From: Eledone cirrhosa
Lineage: Eukaryota
Assembly (NCBI GenBank): GCA_964016885.1
Contig: OZ024759.1
Span: 3,906,001-3,970,000 of the forward strand
Length of the DNA: 64,000 nt
Direction: 5' to 3'
Made by a program: the position numbers and the translations under genes
Shown: positions 1 through 12,380 of the stretch, piece after piece
How positions within the stretch are numbered: the stretch's first letter is position 1
Layout of the letters: each line of letters starts with the position of its first letter
The notes under the pieces: generated by a model
What the model saw: only the letters and a program-made list of their open reading frames with translations
What the model was told of the DNA's origin: nothing
Databases searched by the model: none

Positions 1-1912
1 TGTGTGTATATATAACACAGTAGATGTGTATGTAACACAGTAGATGTGTATATATAACACAGTAGATGTGTGTATATATAACACAGTAGATGTGTATGTA
101 ACACAGTAGATGTGTATATATAACACAGTAGATGTGTGTATATGTAACACAGTAGATGTGTATATATAACACAGTAGATGTGTATGTAACACAGTAGATG
201 TGTATATATAACACAGTAGATGTGTGTGTATGTAACACAGATGTGTGTGTATGTAACAAGTAGATGTGTGTATGTAACACAGTAGATGTGTATGTAACAC
301 AGTAGATGTGTATATATACCATAGTAGATGTGTGTGTATGTAACACAGATGTGTGTATGTAACTCAGCAGATGTGTGTGTGTAATACAGTAGATGTGTGT
401 GTATGTAACTCAGCAGATGTGTGTGTATGTAACTCAGCAGATGTGTGTGTATGTAACACAGTAGATGTGTGTGTGTGTGTAACACAGTATGTGTATGTAA
501 CACACTAGATGTGTGTGTATATATAACACAGTAGATGTGTATGTAACACAGTAGATGTGTATATATAACACAGTAGATGTGTGTATATGTAACACAGTAG
601 ATGTGTATATATAACACAGTAGATGTGTATGTAACACAGTAGATGTGTATATATAACACAGTAGATGTGTGTGTATGTAACACAGATGTGTGTGTATGTA
701 ACAAGTAGATGTGTGTATGTAACACAGTAGATGTGTATGTGTAACACAGTAGATGTGTATATATAACACAGTAGATGTGTGTGTATGTAACACAGATGTG
801 TGTGTATGTAACAAGTAGATGTGTGTATGTAACACAGCAGATGTGTGTGTGTAACACAGTAGATGTGTGTGTATCAACTCAGCAGATGTGTGTGTATGTA
901 ACAAGTAGATGTGTGTATGTAACACAGTAGATGTGTATGTAACACAGTAGATGTGTATATATAACATAGTAGATGTGTGTGTATGTAACACAGATGTGTG
1001 TATGTAACTCAGCAGATGTGTGTGTGTAACACAGTAGATGTGTGTGTATGTAACTCAGCAGATGTGTGTGTATGTAACACAGATGTGTGTATGTAACTCA
1101 GCAGATGTGTGTGTGTAACACACTAGATGTGTGTGTATATATAACACAGTAGATGTGTGTGTATATATAACACAGTAGATGTGTGTGTGTGTGTAACACA
1201 GTATGTGTATGTAACACACTAGATGTGTGTGTATATATAACACAGTAGATGTGTATGTAACACAGTAGATGTGTATATATAACACAGTAGATGTGTGTAT
1301 ATGTAACACAGTAGATGTGTGTATGTAACACAGTAGATGTGTATGTAACACAGTAGATGTGTATATATAACATAGTAGATGTGTGTGTATGTAACACAGA
1401 TGTGTGTATGTAACTCAGCAGATGTGTGTATGTAACACAGTAGATGTGTGTGTATGTAACTCAGCAGATGTGTGTGTATGTAACACAGTAGATGTGTGTG
1501 TGTGTAACACAGTATGTGTATGTAACACACTAGATGTGTGTGTATATATAACACAGTAGATGTGTATATATAACACATTAGATGTGTGTATATGTAACAC
1601 AGTAGATGTGTATATATAACACAGTAGATGTGTGTATGTAACAGATGTGTGTGTATGTAACACAGTACATGTGTGTATGTAACACAGTAGATGTGTATGT
1701 AACACAGTAGATGTGTATATATAACACAGTAGATGTGTGTATATATAACACAGTAGATGTGTGTGTATGTAACACAGTAGATGTGTGTATGTAACAGTAT
1801 ATGTATGTGTATGTAACACACTAGATGTGTGTGTATATGTAACACAGTAGATCTGTGTGTATGTAACACAGTAGATGTATGTATGTAACACAGTAGATGT
1901 GTGTGTATGTAA
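1..1912. repeat. Low-complexity minisatellite, ~22-28 bp unit (AACACAGTAGATGTGT(GT)AT(AT)GT)
   Basis: Tandem reiteration is visible directly; the overlapping His/Thr/Tyr-rich ORFs are artefacts of the repeat. Confidence 0.95.
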
Positions 1913-2439
1913 CTAAAGTGTAACGTACGTTACGAATGGACAACTAAAAGATTTTAACTTGTTTTTTAACAATTCATGGTGGAAAAAAATTTTAGTTGTC
2001 TCAATTCAGACCATAAAGGGCCGCAACACACGGTGTTTGACGCACTTACCGGCTACATAGCCTCGGAGTCTATTTTACTGAGACCAGCTACATATCTTCT
2101 TCCTAAAATCTTCCAACATAATTTTATACAAGAACCACATGTTAAGTTACTAATAAAATAATTAATAATTAAAAACTTCAGTAAATCCTTCAAATGATAT
2201 CTCAGTAATGAAATAATTAATAATTGTTATAAATACCTCAAAATTCCTCATTAATTAAACCCAAGACAGGTAAAAACTCCAGAGTCTTTCAATCGGACAT
2301 GAAACAAATTAATTTCTAATGAAAGAAGATTGTAAAGTCAGCCAAGGGAGATCACTCTCAGCGACTTATCGTAATTCTTGTTCCTGAATTAATCCGGATG
2401 AAAATATTCCGGTGTATTTTGTGTGGAGGAAACCGGATT

Positions 2440-2670
2440 TAGGCGGTGATAGCACGCAATACATGAACGTATGGTTCGTGAGTTCGAATCCCATACCGGG
2501 TGGTCTGTACGTCGGGGCCTTGAACAAGACACTTTATTTCTCATTGTTTTATTTCACCCAGCTGGCAAAAATAATAAGTTGTAATAATTATAGTGGAAAT
2601 GTTGTTACATAGAATTGTCACACTGAATCTCCCTGAGAAGAATGTCAACGGTATACGTGTCAATGAAATA
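2440..2670 (+). mobile_element. Degenerate tRNA-derived SINE
   Basis: B-box-like GTTCGAATCC followed by CTTGAACAAGACACTTTATTTC...CACCCAGCTG, the body shared with other SINE copies in the window. Confidence 0.6.
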
Positions 2671-2764
2671 CTCAGACACATTATAATATAAGATGGGTTC
2701 TACATGTATTTCAAAGGGAAGCCATGCCATACGTCTTGCTGAATCTCCCTGAGAACTACGTATA

Positions 2765-3440
2765 TACTAGTGACTATCAGACATAGTGTATCTAGGATTA
2801 CATTATCTAATGTACAGTACAGTAGTTAGTATTAGTGGCTATAAGACATAGTATATCTAGGACTACATTATCTAATGTACAGTATAGAAATTAGTATTAC
2901 TGGCTATAAGACATAGTGTAACTAGGACTACATTATCTAATGTACAGTATAGAAATTAGTATTAATGGCTATCAGACATAGTGTACCTAGGACTACATTA
3001 TCTAATGTACAGTATAGTGTCTATCAGACATAGTGTACCTAGGACTACATTATCTAATGTACAGTATAGTGGCTATCAGACATAGTGTACCTCGGACTAC
3101 ATTATCTAATGTACAGTATAGTAGCTATTAGACATAGTGTACCTAGGACTACATTATCTAATGTACAGTATAGTGGCTATCAGACATAGTGTATCTAGGA
3201 CTAGATTGTCTAATGTACAGTATAGTGGCTATCAGACATAGTGTATCTAGGACTACATTATATAATGTACAGTATAGTGGCTATCAGACATAGTGTACCT
3301 AGGACTACATTGTCTAATGTACAGTATAGTGGCTATCAGACATAGTGTACCTAGGACTACATTATATAATGTACAGTATAATGGCTATCAGACATAGTGT
3401 ACCTAGGACTACATTATCTAATGTACTATATAGCAGTTAG
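2765..3440. repeat. 52-bp minisatellite (GGCTATCAGACATAGTGTACCTAGGACTACATTATCTAATGTACAGTATAGT), ~12 copies
   Basis: Period 52, e.g. 3071 vs 3123; a few longer units at the left end. Confidence 0.92.
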
Positions 3441-3473
3441 TAATTGTGGCTATCATTATTATAGACTTCAAGT

Positions 3474-3638
3474 CGGTAGAGGGTCAGACGCCATGCTTTC
3501 CAGCATAGTTACGTCCCTTTACGATCTGAGTTCAAATCCCGCCGAGGTTGACTTTGTCTTTCATCCTTAGGGGGTCGATAAAATAAAGTACCAGTAATGC
3601 ACTGGGTAATTACTGGTCTTGTGCCTAAAGTAGAAACA
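3474..3638 (+). mobile_element. 5'-truncated tRNA-derived SINE (family A) with 19-bp target-site duplication
   Basis: B box GAGTTCAAATCCC; body GTTGACTTTG...CATCC...GGGGTCGATAAAATAAAGTAC; ATTATTATAGACTTCAAGT on both sides (3455-3473, 3639-3657). Confidence 0.85.
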
Positions 3639-4129
3639 ATTATTATAGACTTCAAGTAAATCTTTGTCAACTTACCTCCTTCACATATAATCAATGTGTT
3701 GTGTTGTTAGTTGTTACTAAACAACCAAAGAAATAATCTCTTTGTTATCAAATTAGAAGTTTCAATGTTATCAGCTTTATTTCCCGACATTAACGTTGGT
3801 GTATCTTCTTCATCTTTAGTCATAAATTGATATCTTGTCAGAATGAAGTAGTGAGGATGACTTTATATCTTTAGCTACAGATTTGATAGGAAATATATAT
3901 AGATTAGATTGATATGTGGTCTAAAATATATATATTGTCTATAAATGACTGATAGCAGATGTTCTGGTGAAATAGTAGTTTTACTACTACAGATTGTAAT
4001 GGAACTCTTAGTAGACACAATTGTAAAGTAAGAATAGATATGACAGTGTAAGACTGATGTCGGGGAAATAAACTTGTGTATATATATATATAATTGTTAC
4101 ACAAGATATAATTAGATTAATTAAAGTTA

Positions 4130-4316
4130 TAATTGTTTCTACTTTAGGCACAAGGCCAGCAAAGACCCAGTGCATTACCAGTACTTTATTTTATCGACCC
4201 CGTAAGGATGAAAGGCAAAGTCAACCTCGGCGGGATTTGAACTCAGATCGTAAAGGGACGTAACTATGCTGGAAAGCATGGCGTCCGACCCTCTACCGAT
4301 ACTGCCAATTCACCGC
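4130..4316 (-). mobile_element. tRNA-derived SINE (family A)
   Basis: Reverse complement of the 3474-3638 copy plus the head GCGGTGAATTGGCAGTATCGG. Confidence 0.85.
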
Positions 4317-4550
4317 AATGAAGGCAGCAGGTACTCGGTATCGTTGCGCATGTTTCAACTCTCTTCCCGGTGTCATACGTTAAAAGTCCCTGATATAATT
4401 TAATACCTTCAGACACAGTTCCAATCGTTTTTAGTTTATTGTAAATCAGAAAGTATCACTCTATAAAATATCAATTATATATCAATAAGAAAACCTCTAG
4501 GTAGTCTCACTGACTGCTAGAAATAGCAGCGATATTACCCATTACAACTG

Positions 4551-4581
<31 letters not shown>

Positions 4582-5218
4582 CACACATATATGTACGTAT
4601 GTATGTATATGTGTATATATGTGTATGAATGAGTGTGTATGTGTGTATATGTGTACATAGGGTTTTGGTATATGTACGTTTGGTGAACATATGTGTATTT
4701 ACCTGTAGGTATGTGTGAGTGTGCGTTCTATACGCATTTATGCGTGTATATTTATATATGTATTTATAATTATATGTATATATACACACACAAACATATA
4801 TTTATATGTGTATTTGGTGCATACAATCGTATGTGTGCGGGTATATGTGTTGCGCCGATTTACGTCCGTGCGCGCCTGTTTATGTGTACGTATATGTATA
4901 TGCATGCATGCCGTGAGTTTTCGCATATGCTCGTGTATAAATGTGTGTATGTATATATTTAATTATTATTACTTTTATGATTTTAATGACATCTGTCATT
5001 TTCGTTCAACTAATTTATTTACATTATTCTGGACTCCGAAGCCGAGCATCATTCAGTTTCCTTAATAGAATATTAGTCTACGACTCCATTTACACCATAA
5101 ACGTGGTTTTGTCTTTACGTGTAATTGTTGTCACCGCTCCACATAACGACGTATTATCTTCTTTTTCCCGTTCATTGCCAGGGAACGTCTTCACGAATCA
5201 AAGCATAAATTATTTTCA

Positions 5219-5779
5219 CGAGCTGACGTACCCAGCTTCGCCCGGGTAAATAGATGATAAAAGAAAAGGTCCCTATTTACTCCCTTCACAACTCTGTATG
5301 TTAGACTGACAGACAGGCACACAGACAGATAAACTGCGTGGCGATTGTGGAACGCCACACGTATACACACATACACGCACACAAACTTACACACGCACCC
5401 GTGCACTTACACACACGCACACACTCACACATGTTGATAGTTTTTACTTTCTGTGGAACGCTGCACGCACGCACACATACATAAACATACGCGCACGTAC
5501 ATACACACGCACACATGTTAATAGTTATTGCTTTACTCCCCCTCTTATTTCCACACACATCACACACACACACGTCTCTACACTGACACATATACATAGT
5601 GTATCCAACACAGCGTTCACTTTGCCTCTCTCTCGCCTCTCACTCTCTCATTGGCATTATACATATTAATTTAAGTTTGGCGTCGTTGAGGTGGGCGGAG
5701 TCGTTAGAAACCTATGAACCAATGATAATCGAGAATTATGACACACGGAATATTGACATTGTTGAAATTAATATATAGA
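5219..5779 (-). mobile_element. Non-autonomous Helitron (internal deletion derivative of the adjacent element)
   Basis: Minus strand starts TCTATATATTAATTTCAAC at 5779 and is homologous to 11165-11574. It ends with hairpin TACCCGGGCGAAGCTGGGTA + CGTCAGCTCG (variant of CTAG) followed by T. Confidence 0.85.
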
Positions 5780-8700
5780 CTAGCTGACGTACCCAGCTTC
5801 GCCCGGGTAAACAGATGATAAGAGAAGACAGGTAAAAGAGAAAATGTCTGTATTGGATGTTTGTCTGGTTACAGTGTGAGGCGAGTCCGTGTTGTCTGTG
5901 TGATACAAAAAAACTGTAAAAGAAATCTTCCAGATATACCAGATTCTTCGTTGTCCGGTTTGTGCATAGTATATGAACAATTCTAGGTGCTCCCACCTAG
6001 AATAGTGACCTCTAGGAGATGGTTCCTCTTCGGCCTGACTGGAAAACGTGTATCATTGCATAGACGTGGTTGTTCCACGTTTCTCAAAAGGATGATGGAA
6101 GTTCCAATCTGTTATATTATATGTAGATATAGATATAGATAATTAATAAAAAAGATGTCCGTCAATGTAAAGAAGGTCCCTATTTACTTGAAATGGTTTA
6201 TACAAATGCCAAATTAATATGGATATGGATAACATGCTTATCTATAAGTGGTCAGCTATAATAATAAACCAACAAATTATATGACACAAACATTTATTCA
6301 GTAATTTCCAGGCTCTTAGCCACTGAGTAATAGACAGTCAATATTGCCCAGAGTTCAACTCGGGGAGGTGGCCTGGTTTGAACTCAAAATGGCGGATCCT
6401 TCTACTTCGAAAATAGAATGGTTTTTCAATATTACTCTAGCCCTGGCCGGCCATAGGCACCAAACTTTTTGCCAGACTCAGCATATGATGAGGTTTTATT
6501 ACCACTGCAATCAGAAGCGATAAATTTGAAGGCAATTTCTACCAATACTTGTTGGTTTTTATTGCTCATTATCGACAATAAATGACATTGAACATAAATG
6601 ATAACTCTGCCAAAGCTCACAATACAGATGAAAGGAAACCAATGTCCGAATCATATACGTCGCTTATTGATAGCATTAAAGATATGCATACATCAGCTCA
6701 AAGCTTCATTATAGACAATATTTAGGTTTGTTCCTCTGTTAGTGGTATCAATTGCAAATTTTATACCATCAGGATCATTCAAGCAGACACCGACTCGCTT
6801 GAAAGTCTGTCCCTGTGCCTTGTTGACAGTCATGGAGAAGGCCAAATTGACGGGAAACTGTCTCCTTTGCCAAATAAATGGCAGCAGATCTTCACTTGGT
6901 CTCAGCATGATCCTCGGAATGAGAACCGATTCCTCTCTGCCTGGGAGTTTAGCTTCTAAAACTCTTCCGTTAATCAATCTCTCAACAATCAATCTGGTAC
7001 CATTGCAAAGACCCATTTTATGATTGATATTTCTAAGCAATATAATCGGCAAACCCTTTTTCAACCTCAAAATATGTGGGGGAAATCCGGGTATTTGAAG
7101 TGAATTCAGATACTCAGTCGGAACATCCATACTGTTCTGCTGATTAGGCTCCATTGCATCCGCACTGACGGTCAACCATTCCTCTCCAGGAAACATTCCG
7201 GCTACTTGTGAATTTATTTCATCGACCGTTGCATTCGTATGAGTTAGAATAACACGTTCCGATATTCAGGAGAGATTCTGCCAAAAAGCATTCAAATTAG
7301 GGAACACCCAGTCAATCAAGCCTTGGCGGTCCAGTGGCATGACCAAATGGTCTGGGATTCATACAGTCTGATTATCACCAACGTGTGGCAATTCATCGTT
7401 TCCCAACTGCATCAACCATCGGCCGTATGTCTCAGCCTCTTCGTTTTGCCCGAACATAGGAAGTCGCATATTATCGTGTAATCGCAAAACTCTGAAATGG
7501 CGCCACAATGGGTACTTTTTCAGACATGCATCGACAATTTGCGCTCTTTGAGCATTCCTAACAATTGGTAGCACCTGTCTGAAATCGCCACCAACAACGA
7601 TAGTCTTACCACTGAATGGCAGGTCACTACCGCAGATATCTCTCAAAGTTCTGTCCAATGCCTCCAGCAAATATCTGTGTGCCATTGGAGCCTCGTCCCA
7701 AATAATCAGAGACGTATTGCGTATAAGGCCCGCGAGTTCACTTTGTCCTGTAATATTACAGACACTCAACTCATCTGGAGCCAATGGAGCCTTGAAGCAT
7801 GAGTGGAAGGTCCTTACACCACTCAGCAAAGTGGCAGCGATGCCCCTGGTGGGCACAGGGAGAGCAATCTTCCTCTGAGCTCTGACTGCCGATAACATAG
7901 TGTTGAAACAGAATGTCTTTCCGGTGCCTCCTGGAACATCTATGAAAGCACAAAGTTGCTCATTAGTGGAAATCGAGTGGAGAGCGCCATCGACCAATTC
8001 TCTGTGAGATTGGGTCAACATTGGCATACGTTCATCCACAATACGTTGCTGTTCCAGTGGATCAAACTGGAATAGTTCCCTCCGATCGAGTGGCAACCGT
8101 CTAAGCTGCAATCTCATGTTCAATGCTAAGACACGTTGCCGCATTTCTTCATCAGGAATTGGTAAATTGAAATCTGTTAAACATTTCAAATGAACTTCGA
8201 GCAGTTACTCAATATTGAGCAAAACAATAGCTTTCAGCAAATTTTCATCATAGACCTGAAGATGATGCCTAAAATCATCAGCCATAATTCCCCAATGGCG
8301 TTCAAATAACTCTCTTGGATCGGCAGGTTTGCAGAATCCTAGAATCGTGACAAATAACTGCCTTATTCGAGCTGGCATCTGTGTTGTTCCTGCAGCTTCC
8401 ATGGCGTTATTCCATTCAGCGTCATCCTGAAGGAGTCCCAGATGCTGACCCACAGCCTGATATCTTTTATATTCCACGCCATTGATTGTTTTCAAATCAG
8501 CGAAGCTCTGTTTACCTCTCGAAAAATCACTATGCAACAGAACTCGGAGATAAAACACATCACCAGATGCTGGATGGACATTACAAACCCGTCCAATAGT
8601 CATGAATCTCAACTTTTGTTTTCTATCATTCCATTTCTTTCCCTTCTTATCCCACGTATAGTGCGAAGGGAAATCGCAGTAGAGTTGCTTTTGATCCGGG

Positions 8701-11574
8701 TTCAAAGCATGTTCCCTATTATGCTTGAACCACTCAGTCAATTCCGTCTTAGGAGGTGGTGCGTTAGCAATTCTTTCGATACCTCTTCTAGTGTCCTTAA
8801 AACAGACCATTTGCCTATTCTCTAAGTGAACCGTCAGTTTCTGAACGCTGGGTTTGCGTTCAATGAGATCAAAATCGAACAATCTCCAGCAAGCTTCGCT
8901 AGATCCAATCGAGCGAACATCCTGGAACCTGCCAACTTCATCTCCTTGGTTCACTTCCTCATTCCTGACATTCATCATTGCCCCATCATGACCTTTGTAA
9001 ACATACTTGAATAGATATTTGCAAGCTTTCACTGAGCTACAAATTTCCACATTAATATGACAACGATATTTCATAATCAAATATGGATTGTATGGCACAA
9101 CCCATTGATTTGTAACCTGTCGACCGTTTACATTTTCGACCAAACCGCCATCGGCAGGCGACCGTCTTCTGTATGAGGGATGAGCATCCCCATCATTCCA
9201 GGAAGTGTTCGTGACAAAAGATTTCGGAAAGTGCTTACTGCATTGGCCATTTTTCATGCAAGGCGCTTTCCGATTTGCCACTCCGCATTGGTTGTGCACC
9301 ATTGACTTTGCCACCAAGTTGCATAGTGCCTCATTCTCCGGCAGTTCAGCACACACAATGCTGTCGACATCCTCAGCACATCACAATTTGCAATCTCTAT
9401 GTAAAATGAGCAGCAAATGTGCATGTGGCAATGCTCTTTTTTGGAATTCAATTACGTATGTAAAAGCAACTATACCTCCAAAGATTCCCTCTTTTTCCAC
9501 ATCATCCATTATTTTTTTCAGATATCCTTTGAATACTCTTGCCACAATATCAGGACGGTCCTTTGGCTGTTGTCCTGGCAAAAGTGCATCCTTAATATCA
9601 GTCCATTCAGGATTGCATGTAACTGTTATAAACAAATCTGGCTTTCCAAACTTTCTGACAATAGCCATTGCATCCTGATAGCGAATGTTCATATATCTCG
9701 GGCCGCCGATGAACGACGATGGCAAAATGATGCGTCGACCAATTTGCTTGTAATTGGCATCATCGGCTGTTATCGCATCCTGTATATTATTATACAATTC
9801 AGCTCTGATATGTTGCTGATGTGTAGCTATATAATTTACCCTTTGATTTTCGATCTTTGCGTATGCCATACAACAGTATTCCTGGAACAATCTGCTGGCT
9901 TGAAATAGCGCATTTCTCTGTTGATTCCTCTCGTTCAAATGGAACGCGTAAAAGTCGCAAATCGAATTATTGTGTCTATTGCCACCTCCCTGTTGATGCT
10001 GATTCTCATGATCATCTAAATGAACAGACATGCTCCATCCATTTTCACCTTTTGGGAATAAAAGAACATAATGCAATGGATGGTATGTCCTATTTGACTC
10101 ATTGATAGTGTTGAGACCACCATCTCTGCGATTGAGGGCGATATCTCTCGATCCAGGCTTATCGTCCATCAACACAGCAACTTCACGAAATCCTTCAGGG
10201 GCATTATATCGCCGTTCGTGTTGATTCCTTGGCACTGCGTCAGCCTTAATCATCAATGTTTGTTGCTGAACATTTTGCAGTTCAGCCACCAACATGAAAT
10301 CCATAACATAAGGATTACACTGTCTAAGCCATGATTGCAAATCATGGATCAAATCACTTAACCTTTGCCGTTCAAGTTCAGTTATATTTCCCGGCAACTT
10401 CATCCAACCGATCCTGATATCCTCCTCCGATTCACTATAATCTGGATCGTTAACGTAAATTTGAGCGAATCAAGGCCTCTCTCCTGGGGTAACTTCTAAA
10501 TTACCGATACAATGATACAAACGGCATTGAATGACGACATTCGGTTGCCATGCTCCACTCTCAAACATCTAACTCTCTGCGATGCTAAAGCTAATAAATT
10601 GTTAATTTGCCGCGAATATTTGCGCAGTAATCTACCTCGGTCTCATTGATCACCCCACATACTTAGTATTTTAAACTCCGGTGACTCCCCATCATCCGGC
10701 ATTCGCAAGGGTTCTAGTTGAACTGCTCCTTTGTGACAGCACATTGTGGTCCACGTCTTTTCGTGCCACCAAAGCAATGCTCCACAATGTGGAGACTCTG
10801 CTCGTCCACCAATCTGACAGTGACACGGTTGCCATGATCCATTTTTAATATCATTCGTTCGCCTTCTAGCCTCTTTACTGGAATGAGGAGCACTTTGCGA
10901 CACATTCCCTGAACTTCTGTATTGCGCTGGCGCTGTTCAGCCAGCTCCTCTTCATCCATCGGAGCACGCCATTGCTGCTGAATTCTGGCCACCTGCTGAT
11001 GATGCTCAGCCAGTTCGTTTTTCAACCATCGCAGCACTCCGTCGCCGCTGTAGTTCACTGTTTGATAAAGTCGAATTGCTTTTCTTATCAGTATTCATTT
11101 GGAGCAATTGTAAAAAAAAATGACACAATAATAAATATAAAAGATGTCCGTCAATGTAAAGAAATGTCCCTATTTACTCCCTTCACAACTCTGTGTATGA
11201 CAGACAGGCACACAGACAGATAAACTGCGCGGCGATTGTGGAACGTCACACGCATACACGCATGGAAACGCGCACACGCACGCAAACTTACACACGCACA
11301 CACTCACACATGTTGATAGTTTTTACTTTCTGTGGAACACTGCACGCACGCACACACACATAAACATACGCGCACATACATACACACGCATACATGTTAA
11401 TAGTTATTGAACACAGTGTTCACACTCTCCCCTCTCACTCCCTCATTGGCATTATGCATATTAATTTCAGTTTGGCGTCGTTGGGGTGGGCGGAGTCCTT
11501 TGAAACCTATGAACCAATGATAATCGAGAATTGTGACACACGGAATACTGACGTTCTTCAAATTAATAAATAGA
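5780..11574 (-). mobile_element. Full-length Helitron (rolling-circle DNA transposon), inactivated
   Basis: A|TC 5' end at 11574; 3' hairpin TACCCGGGCGAAGCTGGGTA + CGTCAGCTAG|T at 5780; internal RepHel coding region. Confidence 0.93.
6693..10403 (-). pseudogene. Helitron RepHel (HUH Rep endonuclease + PIF1-family helicase), interrupted by nonsense codons
   Basis: ORFs 9381-10403, 8205-9356, 7359-8189 and 6693-7196 share one frame. Motifs: PDLFITVTCNPEW, EFQKRALPHAHLL (HUH), KYLFKYVYKG (catalytic Tyr), PGGTGKT (Walker A), IIWDEAPM, GGDFRQVLP, RRQFPVNLAFSMTVNKAQGQT. Confidence 0.95.
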
Positions 11575-12380
11575 TATATATATATCATCATCATCATCAT
11601 CATCATCATTTTACGTCCGCTTTTCTCTGCTTGCAAGCCATGTGCCTCTTCCTATATATACATATATACTATATACATATACACACATATACATATATAT
11701 ATGTATATATATATATGTATATATATATATGTATATATATATACGTAATTAATACATGCATACATTTATTTTTTTAAAATTAATTGAGTTCTTAACACGC
11801 AGGATTAAAATTGTTTTTAAAAAAACTAATTAACCCACGTGTATATTATTTTACTTTCTTGTGTTTCGCGATTGCCTCCCTTTTCCGCTTCGTGACGCTG
11901 TGAAATTCCTCAGTCTAGGACTGCTGGAATTTCAAATTTGGCGGTCATTATGATGCGTGAAGGGACGACTTAGCTGACACGAAAAATAACTGCAGTAAGA
12001 AATGTTTTCTTATATCAATGTTTGAAGGGCATCCACTGATGATTTATAAGTGCCCACCTGCATATGTTCTTACAGAAAAATATGTAGGCTTCTACATAAA
12101 CCGGAAACATTCTCCCAACTTGTAGAAAACTTATAATGAAACAATTGTTTGGAAAGAGAGATATATTTTAATTTTAATTATATCTCATATAAAATAATAC
12201 AACTGGCTTTCCACAAAATACATATAGTTAGCACCCCAAACACAAAATTGGGATTATACTAAGGTATATCCTAATGTTTGTTGAGTGAGATGGTAGTCAG
12301 TCAGAGTTTAGCTTAAAGCTTTCTCTGTTATTGTATTAAATATATGTATATATATATATATATATGTATCTATATATATC

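Noticed and set aside
434-1891. His/Thr/Tyr/Cys-rich ORFs
   Set aside because: Translations of a low-complexity tandem repeat in several frames; no splice or domain support.
3700-4053. Possible terminal exon of the EGF gene (acceptor-like TTTCCCCGACATCAG at 4054)
   Set aside because: No recognisable domain or convincing transmembrane segment; frames stop early; it cannot be supported from sequence alone.
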